Part shown: one piece after another, positions 5,421 through 13,677 of the stretch
How the letters are laid out: each line of letters begins with the position of its first letter
Position numbering within the stretch: the stretch's first letter is position 1
Source of the DNA: a virus
Lineage: Duplodnaviria; Caudoviricetes
Virus record (IMG/VR): IMGVR_UViG_3300012664_000303
Coordinates: 1 to 31,363 of that record
Length of the DNA stretch: 31,363 nt
Direction: 5' to 3' (one strand)
Made by a program: the position numbers and the translations under genes
The notes under the pieces: model-generated
What the model was told of the DNA's origin: nothing
The model's database searches: none
What the model saw: the letters and a program-made list of their open reading frames with translations, nothing else

Positions 5421-5978
5421 ATGAATGTTTTAGCACTAGATGTAGGTGGAATTCCTCGTCAATGGCTATCGTTCGAGCAAGCGATCCTCTATCAAGCTAA
5501 AAAGCAAGTAGCATGGTCGCTTGGAGATACGGTAGCAACTTTCCGTGGTGGGTTACAAAATGATGGAACAGAATCCATCCTTGAAACTCCATCAATCATT
5601 GCTATTCGTGGCGGCGAAGGTTTCAACCCAGCTAAATTAGGTAATGTTGTTTTGACTAACAAAACCCTATTCGGTAGAGATCGACATGTCTGCGCGTACT
5701 GTGGCAATCATTTTACTGCTAATAACCTTTCCCGTGATCATATCATTCCTGTTTCACGTGGCGGTCAGAATGTTTGGATGAACGTTGTGACTTCATGCAA
5801 GAAGTGTAACTCTGTGAAGAGTGACAAAACACTTAAGGAAGCTGGTCTAGAATTACTGTATGTTCCATATGCACCTAATCATTACGAACATATGATTCTT
5901 CTGAATCGTGGAATTTTGGCAGATCAAATGGAATACTTGGCAGCAGGTGTTCCTAAACATAGTAGAGTGTTTAACTAA
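5421..5978 (+). CDS. HNH endonuclease (McrA-like, zinc-binding)
   Basis: RDxxxCAYCG...DHIIPVSRGG...NVVTSCKKCN; alternative start GTG 5415. Confidence 0.92.
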   Translation: MNVLALDVGGIPRQWLSFEQAILYQAKKQVAWSLGDTVATFRGGLQNDGTESILETPSIIAIRGGEGFNPAKLGNVVLTNKTLFGRDRHVCAYCGNHFTANNLSRDHIIPVSRGGQNVWMNVVTSCKKCNSVKSDKTLKEAGLELLYVPYAPNHYEHMILLNRGILADQMEYLAAGVPKHSRVFN

Positions 5979-5980
5979 AG

Positions 5981-6005
5981 ATGGGGACTTCGGTCCCCGT
6001 TTTTT
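5981..6005 (+). terminator. Rho-independent terminator
   Basis: GGGGAC-TTCG-GTCCCC followed by a T run. Confidence 0.9.
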
Positions 6006-6018
6006 ATTATGAGGCGAT

Positions 6019-6561
6019 ATGAAAAACTATATTACTGTATTTGACAATGTACTCGAGCAAAGCTTTTGTGATAATCTAATCAAGAAGTTTGAGGATCATC
6101 ATGAATCCCAAATTCGAAGAGATGATCGTTACAAAAATTTCACAGAGATTAATTTTGCTCAGGCTCCCAACTTCTCTGAGGAGCAAAACATTATTCTTTC
6201 AAGCATGAAACCAAAGCTTGATGAATATTGTAAAATGCACGGTATCACGTTCTTTCCAGAAAAGATTGGATTCGAACAAGTTCGTATGAAACGATACGAC
6301 GTTGGTAACGATGAATTCAGAGAACATGTTGATGTAGGTGACTATGCATCAGCACGTAGATTCTTAGTCATGTTCTTTTATCTGAACGATGTTAACGAAG
6401 GTGGTGAAACTGCTTTCATTGGTATCGATCACGACATCAAGGTTAAACCAAAACAAGGTAGCATGTTAATGTTCCCTCCAATGTGGACGCATCCACATGC
6501 AGGTTTGCCACCAATCTCCAACGCAAAATACATTTGTGGTTCGTATTTGCATTATGTTTAA
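6019..6561 (+). CDS. 2OG-Fe(II) oxygenase (prolyl-4-hydroxylase-like)
   Basis: HVD...FYLNDVNEGGETAF...FPP.WTHPHAG...K. Confidence 0.9.
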   Translation: MKNYITVFDNVLEQSFCDNLIKKFEDHHESQIRRDDRYKNFTEINFAQAPNFSEEQNIILSSMKPKLDEYCKMHGITFFPEKIGFEQVRMKRYDVGNDEFREHVDVGDYASARRFLVMFFYLNDVNEGGETAFIGIDHDIKVKPKQGSMLMFPPMWTHPHAGLPPISNAKYICGSYLHYV

Positions 6562-6576
6562 TACTTTGGTTCTATA

Positions 6577-6605
6577 TGTACAACATGCAAAACATGTGGT
6601 ATAAT
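6577..6605 (+). promoter_or_regulatory. Early-type promoter
   Basis: TGTACA-N17-TATAAT. Confidence 0.75.
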
Positions 6606-6632
6606 AGATCCATTCTTAGCAAAGGTAAGTAA

Positions 6633-7559
6633 ATGAAAATCGCAATCGCATCAGATGTTCACTTAGAATTTGGTCCACTTCAACTCAAGAATGAAGAAGG
6701 TGCCGATGTACTAGTGTTGAGCGGTGATATTGCAACAGCTCGTGACATGGACTATACAGCAGCAATGTATGGTGACACACGACGTAGTGTAACTGCTGCA
6801 CGTTATCAAGATTTTTTCAGAATGTGTGCAAATGAATTCAAGCATGTTGTGTATGTGCTTGGCAATCATGAACACTATAACTTTGACTTCAAATACACAG
6901 CATCACACATCAAAGCACAATTAGGACACCTCGAAAATCTTACTGTGCTTGACGATGAATGTGTCAAGATCGATGATGTGTTCTTTGTCGGTGGCACAAT
7001 GTGGACTGATATGAATAAAGAAGATCCATTGACATTGTTCCACATGCGTTCAGCAATGAATGACTTCCGTTGTGTTGACAATAGCAATCGCATGGTATAT
7101 CGCACTGTTCCTCTTTATGAATACAATGAAGACGGTTCAGTAAAGAAAGATGAAAACGGTTACAGCATTCCAGTTGGCCACAAGAAGAAAGAATCTCCTT
7201 CTAAGTTTTGCCCAGAAGATGCTGTTGAAGCACATCGTAAATTCATCGATTATTTAAAGGTATGCACATCAGTCCTTGGTGAATCTGATCAGAAATATGT
7301 TGTATGCACGCATCATACACCGAGCCATAGATCATGCCATCCAGTTTATTCGCATGACACATTGATGAATGGTGGTTATCACAGTGATCTTGAAGAGTTT
7401 ATCTTAGATCGACCACAAATCAAATTGTGGACACATGGACATACTCATGAAGATTTTGATTATATGATTGGTGATACACGAGTAGTATGTAATCCACGTG
7501 GTTATATCAAATATGAACCTCGTGCAAACACTTGGAAACTTAAATACGTAGAGGTGTGA
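6633..7559 (+). CDS. Calcineurin-like metallophosphoesterase
   Basis: SDVH, GD, GNHE, THH and HGHTH motifs. Confidence 0.92.
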   Translation: MKIAIASDVHLEFGPLQLKNEEGADVLVLSGDIATARDMDYTAAMYGDTRRSVTAARYQDFFRMCANEFKHVVYVLGNHEHYNFDFKYTASHIKAQLGHLENLTVLDDECVKIDDVFFVGGTMWTDMNKEDPLTLFHMRSAMNDFRCVDNSNRMVYRTVPLYEYNEDGSVKKDENGYSIPVGHKKKESPSKFCPEDAVEAHRKFIDYLKVCTSVLGESDQKYVVCTHHTPSHRSCHPVYSHDTLMNGGYHSDLEEFILDRPQIKLWTHGHTHEDFDYMIGDTRVVCNPRGYIKYEPRANTWKLKYVEV

Positions 7560-7560
7560 T

Positions 7561-8136
7561 ATGAAAGTTTATATTGGACCTTACCGTCGTTGGATTGGAC
7601 CATATCAAATTGCAGAAAAGCTCTGCTTTTGGTGGGACAAAGAAGATGATCGAGTATTTGCATTTGGGCATTGGCTTGCTGAAAATAAAGATGGAACAGA
7701 TTCTTGGTTGACACGTATTTGTCAAGCATTTGATTCTAAGCGCAAGCGCAATGTTGAAATCCGTATCGACAAGTATGACACTTGGAATATGGATGGAACA
7801 TTAGCGTATATCATCCTTCCAATGCTAAAGCAATTGCAATTAACCAAACACGGTTCGCCATCAGTTGATGATAAGGATGTACCTAAAGAATTGCGTAGTA
7901 CATCTGCACCAGCTAAAGAGAATGAATGGGATATCGATGATAACCATCACAAGCGTTGGGAATGGGTTGTAGATCAAATGATTTGGTCGTTCGAACAACT
8001 ACATCCTGATAATGATGCAGAGGTAAGATTCCATAAAAATGGATCATTTGATATGGATGCATTTAAGAAGTACGATGAACGACTTCAAAAAGGGTTAACG
8101 TTGTTTGGCAAATATTTTAGAGGACTTTGGGATTAA
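7561..8136 (+). CDS. Hypothetical phage protein
   Basis: GAGG RBS; Trp-rich; ends LFGKYFRGLWD. Confidence 0.85.
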   Translation: MKVYIGPYRRWIGPYQIAEKLCFWWDKEDDRVFAFGHWLAENKDGTDSWLTRICQAFDSKRKRNVEIRIDKYDTWNMDGTLAYIILPMLKQLQLTKHGSPSVDDKDVPKELRSTSAPAKENEWDIDDNHHKRWEWVVDQMIWSFEQLHPDNDAEVRFHKNGSFDMDAFKKYDERLQKGLTLFGKYFRGLWD

Positions 8137-8459
8137 TGGAAGCACTAATATTAGTTACTATCGGGTTTATTTGCGGTGTATGGTTTCACGTATTGTATGT
8201 GTCCACTCGTAAACAAATCATTGAACTACGAATTGAAAAAGAAATTGATGAGAAGGTAAAGATACTTAAAGAAAAGATCATTCCTTCTCGTATCGAAGAA
8301 TCAAACGGTTTACTGTTCCTTTATAACAGTGAAACGAATGAATTCTTGGGTCAAGGTGCTAATGCAGATGAATTAGAAACATCTGTTAAATCACGATTCC
8401 CAGGAAAATTATTTAATATCCCACAAGACCAACTTGATAAACATTTTAAGGAAAACTAA
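8136..8459 (+). CDS. Hypothetical membrane-anchored protein
   Basis: TAATG overlap with the previous gene; N-terminal TM. Confidence 0.8.
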   Translation: MEALILVTIGFICGVWFHVLYVSTRKQIIELRIEKEIDEKVKILKEKIIPSRIEESNGLLFLYNSETNEFLGQGANADELETSVKSRFPGKLFNIPQDQLDKHFKEN

Positions 8460-8633
8460 ATGAAAGCAACTAAAGACTTCCGCATGAAGAGCACCACAAA
8501 AACCATGTTGGCTCTTGGTAAATTTAAGAATGAAGAAGATCGTGCAGGCTTCCGTCGTGCGATGGTTCAAGCACAACTTTCAGAGGAAAAGGCAAGTCGT
8601 GACAATCAACGCGGAAAGCCAAAAGATGAATAA
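8460..8633 (+). CDS. Small basic hypothetical protein (57 aa, not in ORF track)
   Basis: AAGGA RBS; MKATKDFRMKSTTKTMLALGKF...KPKDE. Confidence 0.7.
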   Translation: MKATKDFRMKSTTKTMLALGKFKNEEDRAGFRRAMVQAQLSEEKASRDNQRGKPKDE

Positions 8634-8850
8634 TACACGATTCATTACGATCGTAGTAGCACTAACTATTTTCTTTGGTTTACTAATTGGTTGGGGAATT
8701 GCATCAACACAATGGACAAAAGAGCTGATTCAAGTTTCCCTTGATAAAGGTCAAAATCCAATGTATGTTAAGTGTGCAATGGAACGAAGTACCTCTAGTG
8801 AATGCAAGACATTAATTACTGCTATTGCTATCGGTAAATCTGATAAATAA
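8626..8850 (+). CDS. Hypothetical membrane protein
   Basis: ATG at 8626; one TM segment. Confidence 0.7.
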   Translation: MNNTRFITIVVALTIFFGLLIGWGIASTQWTKELIQVSLDKGQNPMYVKCAMERSTSSECKTLITAIAIGKSDK

Positions 8851-8854
8851 GGAT

Positions 8855-9133
8855 ATGGCAAAAATAGCATTAATCGGAGACAGTACAACGGATGGCGGTG
8901 TTCTAACACAGAATCCACCATGTCATGTAAAAGTAGGTGGTGTTGAGATAGCACTTGATCAATGTCATGTGACACCTCACAATCCAACTAATAGCATACA
9001 TGGTCAACAAGCAAATAATCTTGTTACTGCATCAGGTAAAGTGACTATTAAAGGAATAAAGGTTGTGATGCACGGAGATCCAGCAACATGCGGTGCAACT
9101 GCAGTTGCTACATCAAAAGCATCAACATCTTAA
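8855..9133 (+). CDS. PAAR-like spike tip protein (T4 gp5.4-like)
   Basis: MAKIALIGD...GG...VTIKGIKVVMHGDPATCG; AAGGA RBS. Confidence 0.8.
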   Translation: MAKIALIGDSTTDGGVLTQNPPCHVKVGGVEIALDQCHVTPHNPTNSIHGQQANNLVTASGKVTIKGIKVVMHGDPATCGATAVATSKASTS

Positions 9134-9134
9134 A

Positions 9135-9418
9135 AGAATTGTTGTAATCCCTTCAAAGCGAAGGACTTCTGGACGCGGGTTCGACTCCCGCCATCTCCAC
9201 CATAAGGAAATTGATATGAAAAAAGATTTGAACCCAATTGCAATTTAATTTTCTTATGATGGGGATGCCATGGTTTCGACAGGGGTAGATAGTAGAGACG
9301 GCAACACGGTAGGCGATGACCGCAAATCAAGCAAATCTCAATAACTGCAAACGATGAGTTATTCGCTATCGCCGCTTAAGGCTAGCTGAGGTAACTATAC
9401 CTTATTACCAAAAATAGT
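9135..9418 (+). ncRNA. ssrA: Permuted two-piece tmRNA
   Basis: Acceptor piece with T arm and CATCTCC-ACCA (ends 9202) precedes the 5' piece GGGGATG...TTCGAC (9261); G3-U70; tag frame 9347-9379 = ANDELFAIAA*. Confidence 0.92.
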
Positions 9419-9444
9419 AAAGGCTCCTTCGGGAGCCTTTTTTT
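9419..9444 (+). terminator. Rho-independent terminator
   Basis: AAGGCTCC-TTCG-GGAGCCTT followed by a T run. Confidence 0.9.
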
Positions 9445-9454
9445 CGCTCATCTT

Positions 9455-9462
9455 TATAAATA
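9455..9462 (+). promoter_or_regulatory. T4-type late promoter
   Basis: TATAAATA upstream of the endolysin. Confidence 0.75.
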
Positions 9463-9498
9463 GTAAGTGTCGATCTGACATGTAACTATGGAGTGAAG

Positions 9499-10122
9499 AT
9501 GGAATTATCATTACAACAATTAAAACAACTTCTCCCAAAGAACCCATATGTTGAACACTGGCATCGTGCACTAGCACAACTATTGCCAGATTATGAGATT
9601 AATACTCCTCAGCGCATTGCTGCATTCATTGCACAATGTTCTCACGAGTCTGGTGGATTTATGGTTCTAAAAGAGAATTTGAATTACAAAGCGCCAACGC
9701 TGCGTAAAATTTTCCCAAAGTATTTCCCTACGGATGAGATGGCTAATCAATATGCTGCGATGCCTAACAAGCAAGAAGCTATTGCTAGCTTAGTTTATGC
9801 AAATCGTATGGGTAACGGGGCACCAGAAACTGGTGACGGCTATCGCTATTGCGGTCGTGGTCTTATTCAATTGACAGGCAAGCAAAACTATACATGGTTT
9901 GCTGCATCGATTGGTATTACTGTCGAAGAAGCCTCAGAGTATCTGCAAACGTTTGAAGGTGCTGCTCAATCAGCATGTTGGTTCTGGGAAACAAATAACC
10001 TAAACCAATGGGCAGATAAAGGCGACATCTTAACATTGACTAAGCGTATCAATGGTGGTACAATCGGTCTCGATGATCGTATCAAACATTATGAACATGC
10101 GTTACATGTTTTAGGAGTATAA
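9499..10122 (+). CDS. Glycoside hydrolase family 19 endolysin
   Basis: AAFIAQCSHESGGF...ENLNY...YANRMGNG...DGYRYCGRGLIQLTG..NY...TKRINGG. Confidence 0.92.
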   Translation: MELSLQQLKQLLPKNPYVEHWHRALAQLLPDYEINTPQRIAAFIAQCSHESGGFMVLKENLNYKAPTLRKIFPKYFPTDEMANQYAAMPNKQEAIASLVYANRMGNGAPETGDGYRYCGRGLIQLTGKQNYTWFAASIGITVEEASEYLQTFEGAAQSACWFWETNNLNQWADKGDILTLTKRINGGTIGLDDRIKHYEHALHVLGV

Positions 10123-10125
10123 CAG

Positions 10126-10419
10126 ATGGGAGATAAAAAGCTTGTAAAGTTTTTATTCGTTTTGTTATTATTGCCTTTAACATTGGCTATGTGTAGTGGA
10201 GATAGATATCGCTATCCGTGCCAAGACCCAGCAAACTGGGATAAAGATTTTTGTAAAATGCCTATATGTGATGTGAATCGTACTTGCCCTGAACACATCT
10301 TTAAAGGCCAACGTGACCCAAGACTAGGACCACCTAAAGATGAAATTAAATCAAATAGTACTCAAGTGCCAGCAGTGGCTGCAACACCAGTTTCACAAGG
10401 AGCGAACTGTGGAAAATAA
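10126..10419 (+). CDS. Cys-rich exported or lipoprotein-like protein
   Basis: Hydrophobic leader ending LAMC; YRYPCQDPANW..C..PIC..TCP. Confidence 0.75.
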   Translation: MGDKKLVKFLFVLLLLPLTLAMCSGDRYRYPCQDPANWDKDFCKMPICDVNRTCPEHIFKGQRDPRLGPPKDEIKSNSTQVPAVAATPVSQGANCGK

Positions 10420-10870
10420 AGAAACATTCATTTATACAGACGAACAGTTAATGGCTCGTCTAAAGTTCTTCATCGGTATTTGTTTATCGTTGACACTCTT
10501 TGGTATTGTATTTGTTGTGTTGTATTCGTTAATCTTCGTTACACAACCATTGAATGCTATTAGCCCAATCGATCAGAAATTCTTTGAATTGATTGTGCCT
10601 ATTGCTACATTCTTAACAGGTACTCTATCAGGTATCATGTTGGCTGGTACTTCTAAAGAAGACAAAGAAGCAATGTTGCAAGCACAAAAGAATGCTGAAT
10701 CAAACTTCGAAGCAACTAAGAAGATGATGACTGCACCTCCACCTGTGCAAGCACCAACTTATGTGTCACCACCAGTGTTTGCTACACCAACTGCAACATT
10801 CGTGCCACAAGTTGTGATGAGTTCAACTGGTAAACCAATGCCTGTTCAACCACCACAGGAAGAACTATGA
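10409..10870 (+). CDS. Two-TM membrane protein with Pro-rich tail
   Basis: GTG start after AAGGAG; two hydrophobic segments. Confidence 0.75.
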   Translation: MENKETFIYTDEQLMARLKFFIGICLSLTLFGIVFVVLYSLIFVTQPLNAISPIDQKFFELIVPIATFLTGTLSGIMLAGTSKEDKEAMLQAQKNAESNFEATKKMMTAPPPVQAPTYVSPPVFATPTATFVPQVVMSSTGKPMPVQPPQEEL

Positions 10871-11085
10871 ACTGGTTAAATAGCATGCTTGCTGACGGAG
10901 TCAATGGCTCTGTTAGCAGCAAAAGAGTAGTAACACTTGCCGCATTCATTGTGGTATGTGTTTCTTATATTGCTGACCAATTCTTTGGTTACAAAGCGAC
11001 ACCTAATCTATTTGAGTCTATGATGTATATCGTAGTCGCAGGATTAGGTTTTACAGTTTCAGAAAAATTTGCAAAGAAAGACTAA
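10867..11085 (+). CDS. Small two-TM protein (holin candidate)
   Basis: SSKR motif, two TMs, basic C-terminus; in the endolysin operon. Confidence 0.65.
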   Translation: MNWLNSMLADGVNGSVSSKRVVTLAAFIVVCVSYIADQFFGYKATPNLFESMMYIVVAGLGFTVSEKFAKKD

Positions 11086-11086
11086 C

Positions 11087-11272
11087 ATGAAGAAGTTATT
11101 AGCAATTGTACTATGTACACTATCACTATCAGTAATGGCAAATGAACCACAAAAGGTTTGTGTTGACAAGATTGGTAAAGATGGTAAAGTGGTTAACGGT
11201 AAAGATGGTAAACCACAACAAGAGTGTAAGATGATGAAAGTTCACAAGAAACTTGAAGTCGAGAAGAAATAA
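11087..11272 (+). CDS. Small secreted Lys-rich protein
   Basis: Signal peptide MKKLLAIVLCTLSLSVMA; GKDGK twice. Confidence 0.7.
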   Translation: MKKLLAIVLCTLSLSVMANEPQKVCVDKIGKDGKVVNGKDGKPQQECKMMKVHKKLEVEKK

Positions 11273-11296
11273 AAAAGGGACCGAAAGGTCCCTTTT
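11272..11296. terminator. Bidirectional terminator
   Basis: A run-GGGACC-GAAA-GGTCCC-T run between convergent genes. Confidence 0.85.
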
Positions 11297-11435
11297 ATTT
11301 TATAAACACTAAAAACTTACATATCAGAACTGCTACACCAACTATTAAGTACAAACATATTGCACTCAATGCAAGTGCAAGTATTGTAGCAGTGCCAACA
11401 CCGTATTGCATTAATTTATTCCATTCTTGTCTCAT
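11295..11435 (-). CDS. Small membrane protein (46 aa, not in ORF track)
   Basis: TAATG overlap with the upstream gene; MRQEWNKLMQYGVGTATILALAL...FIK. Confidence 0.6.
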   Translation of the reverse strand: MRQEWNKLMQYGVGTATILALALSAICLYLIVGVAVLICKFLVFIK

Positions 11436-12217
11436 TATCGTCCAGTCCAAGTTTTAGGCAATGCTTCTAATCTACGTTGCTCTTCTGTTTTTGGTATCCA
11501 TTCAGCGCCAAGATGAGGGTATTTTTTAATTCTATCCTCAATGACATACACGAATGTTAAGCTTATAGTTGATATGACTAATAATGCACCGATTCCAATG
11601 ACAATCTCTGATCGTAATTTTTGTAGACGTTGCTTCTTTCTTTTCATTTCACGATCTTGATCTTTCATTTGCTTAGCGATCAAGACGCGTTGGGTTTGAC
11701 CCATGTGTTTCATCATTTCTTCAACTTCAGTATACAATGCACCCAATTCTGGAGGTGATTGATATACCATCAACTCACGTAGATCAACTGACATTTGTTC
11801 CAGTTGTTTGCGCATCAATACACGTTGCAATGCACGTTTACCAAGTGATGCTTCGCCTGTATAAACTTCATTCTCAGCACGACGTTCTTCTTCATCGAAC
11901 ACTGCCATACACTTATAGAAGTTGTCATAGTATGCACCAAGATGTTCACCAATCTCTCTATAGATGCCGTCATGCGCACCATCATTGGCTTTCTTGTTTA
12001 GTTCAATGACTTCATTCTTTTCACGAATGAATTGATTCTTTTGTTCGACTGTTGGTGGCTTGTCAGGCGGATGTAGCTTTTTGAACTGTTCATCAAGATC
12101 TTTGATGACATCCTTAACTTCACCTGCTGCACCTTTGATGTCTTTGTATAGCTTACAACCTTGCTTGACCGCTGCAACAGCAGAATTTGCAAGCATGAAT
12201 AACGTTACTGGATCCAT
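11435..12217 (-). CDS. Hypothetical coiled-coil protein with C-terminal TM
   Basis: GGAGG RBS; MDPVTL start; 260 aa. Confidence 0.85.
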   Translation of the reverse strand: MDPVTLFMLANSAVAAVKQGCKLYKDIKGAAGEVKDVIKDLDEQFKKLHPPDKPPTVEQKNQFIREKNEVIELNKKANDGAHDGIYREIGEHLGAYYDNFYKCMAVFDEEERRAENEVYTGEASLGKRALQRVLMRKQLEQMSVDLRELMVYQSPPELGALYTEVEEMMKHMGQTQRVLIAKQMKDQDREMKRKKQRLQKLRSEIVIGIGALLVISTISLTFVYVIEDRIKKYPHLGAEWIPKTEEQRRLEALPKTWTGR

Positions 12218-12352
12218 TGAAGACCTCCAGTAATATGAATATTGTTTGTTGTAATCGAATCAGCGGTGAATACCGAATATGTAGTAATAACAAAAAGTGA
12301 AGACTTTTTGTACATTTTTAACCTTTTAGAGTGTAACTACTCACTCTTGATC

Positions 12353-12364
12353 TATTTATAAATA
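12353..12364. promoter_or_regulatory. Overlapping divergent late promoters
   Basis: Palindrome TATTTATAAATA gives TATAAATA on both strands between divergent genes. Confidence 0.7.
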
Positions 12365-12370
12365 GGACTT

Positions 12371-12880
12371 ATGAAAGCACATGTTTTAGGAAACGGTCCA
12401 TCGATAAATTTGTATGAACCTCAAGATGACTATGTTGTTGGTTGCAATTTCCAACAATTCCCAGTTGATGTAAGCGTCATCTTAGATGTACGCCCTTGGC
12501 ACATCTATATGAAAGATAGGTCAATTATTCAAGGCAAACCTGTTATTACATCTCAGTATGCCATGGATGGAATGAAGCACAAGAACATTGAAGCTGAACT
12601 CGATATAGTCTACAAGCTACCATATCTAGAACAATACATGAGTTCTGCACATGTTGCGGTCCAATGGTGTATTGAACATGACTATAGTGAGATCCATCTT
12701 TGGGGTTGTGACTCTATTTGGGCTGACACTGTAGAAACACGAACCGATACAATCATTGAACGTGCTAGAATTCAACAAGATTTGCATATCCATTGGAGAG
12801 AAAAATGGAAAGCATTCATATCATATAACATCATCGTGCATAACACAAAAGAAGGCACACAACTAAGAGACTTACTATGA
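12371..12880 (+). CDS. GNGPS-motif Rossmann-like protein (MptE/DUF115/sialyltransferase-like)
   Basis: VLGNGPS...VGCN...EIHLWGCD. Confidence 0.65.
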   Translation: MKAHVLGNGPSINLYEPQDDYVVGCNFQQFPVDVSVILDVRPWHIYMKDRSIIQGKPVITSQYAMDGMKHKNIEAELDIVYKLPYLEQYMSSAHVAVQWCIEHDYSEIHLWGCDSIWADTVETRTDTIIERARIQQDLHIHWREKWKAFISYNIIVHNTKEGTQLRDLL

Positions 12881-13149
12881 AAAACGTACAAGAGATAGAC
12901 TTTGATTTTGGATTTACTGCTGTCAACGAGGAAGAACTTGATGCAGTACAAACTGTCACCACACAAGTTGAAGCAGCAACATCAGAACTTGAAAAGCTTC
13001 AGGACAAGGTAAACAAACTACGTGCTGCGATAGAACCACTTCTAAAGAATCTTGAGGCAAATCCTGATAAAGCATACATCCATTGGCCAGATCGTCCAGC
13101 GAAGGTCAAACAGTTCAGAACGATGCTCGATGGTATCGTAAAAAGTTAA
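12877..13149 (+). CDS. Hypothetical phage protein
   Basis: DFDFGFTAV...YIHWPDR; ATGA overlap. Confidence 0.8.
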   Translation: MKNVQEIDFDFGFTAVNEEELDAVQTVTTQVEAATSELEKLQDKVNKLRAAIEPLLKNLEANPDKAYIHWPDRPAKVKQFRTMLDGIVKS

Positions 13150-13245
13150 AACTTTAGTACTAATTTAGGGGCCCAGGGCCTCCCCCTAGTCCAATCCCGT
13201 CCGTGCAAGTCATTGACAGGATTGGACTTTTTATTTGCGAAAAAA

Positions 13246-13297
13246 GTGAAAATAATTCGCAAAAAGCATGTACAAAGCCCGCAAACTGCAGTATAAT
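13246..13297 (+). promoter_or_regulatory. Early promoter cassette (repeat family 1)
   Basis: GTGAAAATAATTCGCAAAAAGCATGTACA-N17-TATAAT. Confidence 0.8.
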
Positions 13298-13327
13298 AGA
13301 TCCAACAAACAAACAAAAGGACATTAT

Positions 13328-13480
13328 ATGATTCGCACAGTTATCGGTTTCTTCTTGGTCTTCGCAGCTGTTGGTGGCATGGACAATGCTACAGATGCAC
13401 AACTCTTGCCAATGATTGCAGTTGCTGTTCTCGGTCTGACTTCTATGTACTTTGGCGTTACAAAAATAAATGCGAAATAA
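13328..13480 (+). CDS. Small two-TM protein
   Basis: AAGGA RBS; ATG at 13328. Confidence 0.7.
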   Translation: MIRTVIGFFLVFAAVGGMDNATDAQLLPMIAVAVLGLTSMYFGVTKINAK

Positions 13481-13522
13481 TTCGCAAAAAGCATGTACAG
13501 CATGCAAAAAGTGTGGTATAAT
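13474..13522 (+). promoter_or_regulatory. Early promoter cassette (repeat family 1)
   Basis: GAAATAATTCGCAAAAAGCATGTACA-N17-TATAAT. Confidence 0.8.
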
Positions 13523-13527
13523 TAATC

Positions 13528-13674
13528 ATGACAAAACAAAAGGTATCTCGCAAACGAAATCCTGTAGCAAAGGACCTTCGTACACCGAAGTATCGAATGC
13601 GAGTCACTGTAAGTAAGTTGGCTTTCAAACGCAAGCCAAAACATGTTAAATTTTTGACAATTGAATCGGAGTAA
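13528..13674 (+). CDS. ArfA-like small basic protein (48 aa, probably leaderless, not in ORF track)
   Basis: MTKQKVSRKRNPVAKDLRTPKYRMRVTVSKLAFKRKPKHVKFLTIESE. Confidence 0.6.
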   Translation: MTKQKVSRKRNPVAKDLRTPKYRMRVTVSKLAFKRKPKHVKFLTIESE

Positions 13675-13677
13675 ATT

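Noticed and set aside
7090-7200. Apparent insertion in the metallophosphoesterase as an intein or intron
   Set aside because: Only ~35 aa, in frame, with no splicing motifs; probably a surface loop.
9130-9330. Minus-strand ORF over the tmRNA, and most other short minus-strand ORFs in the track
   Set aside because: They are antisense shadows of well-supported plus-strand features.
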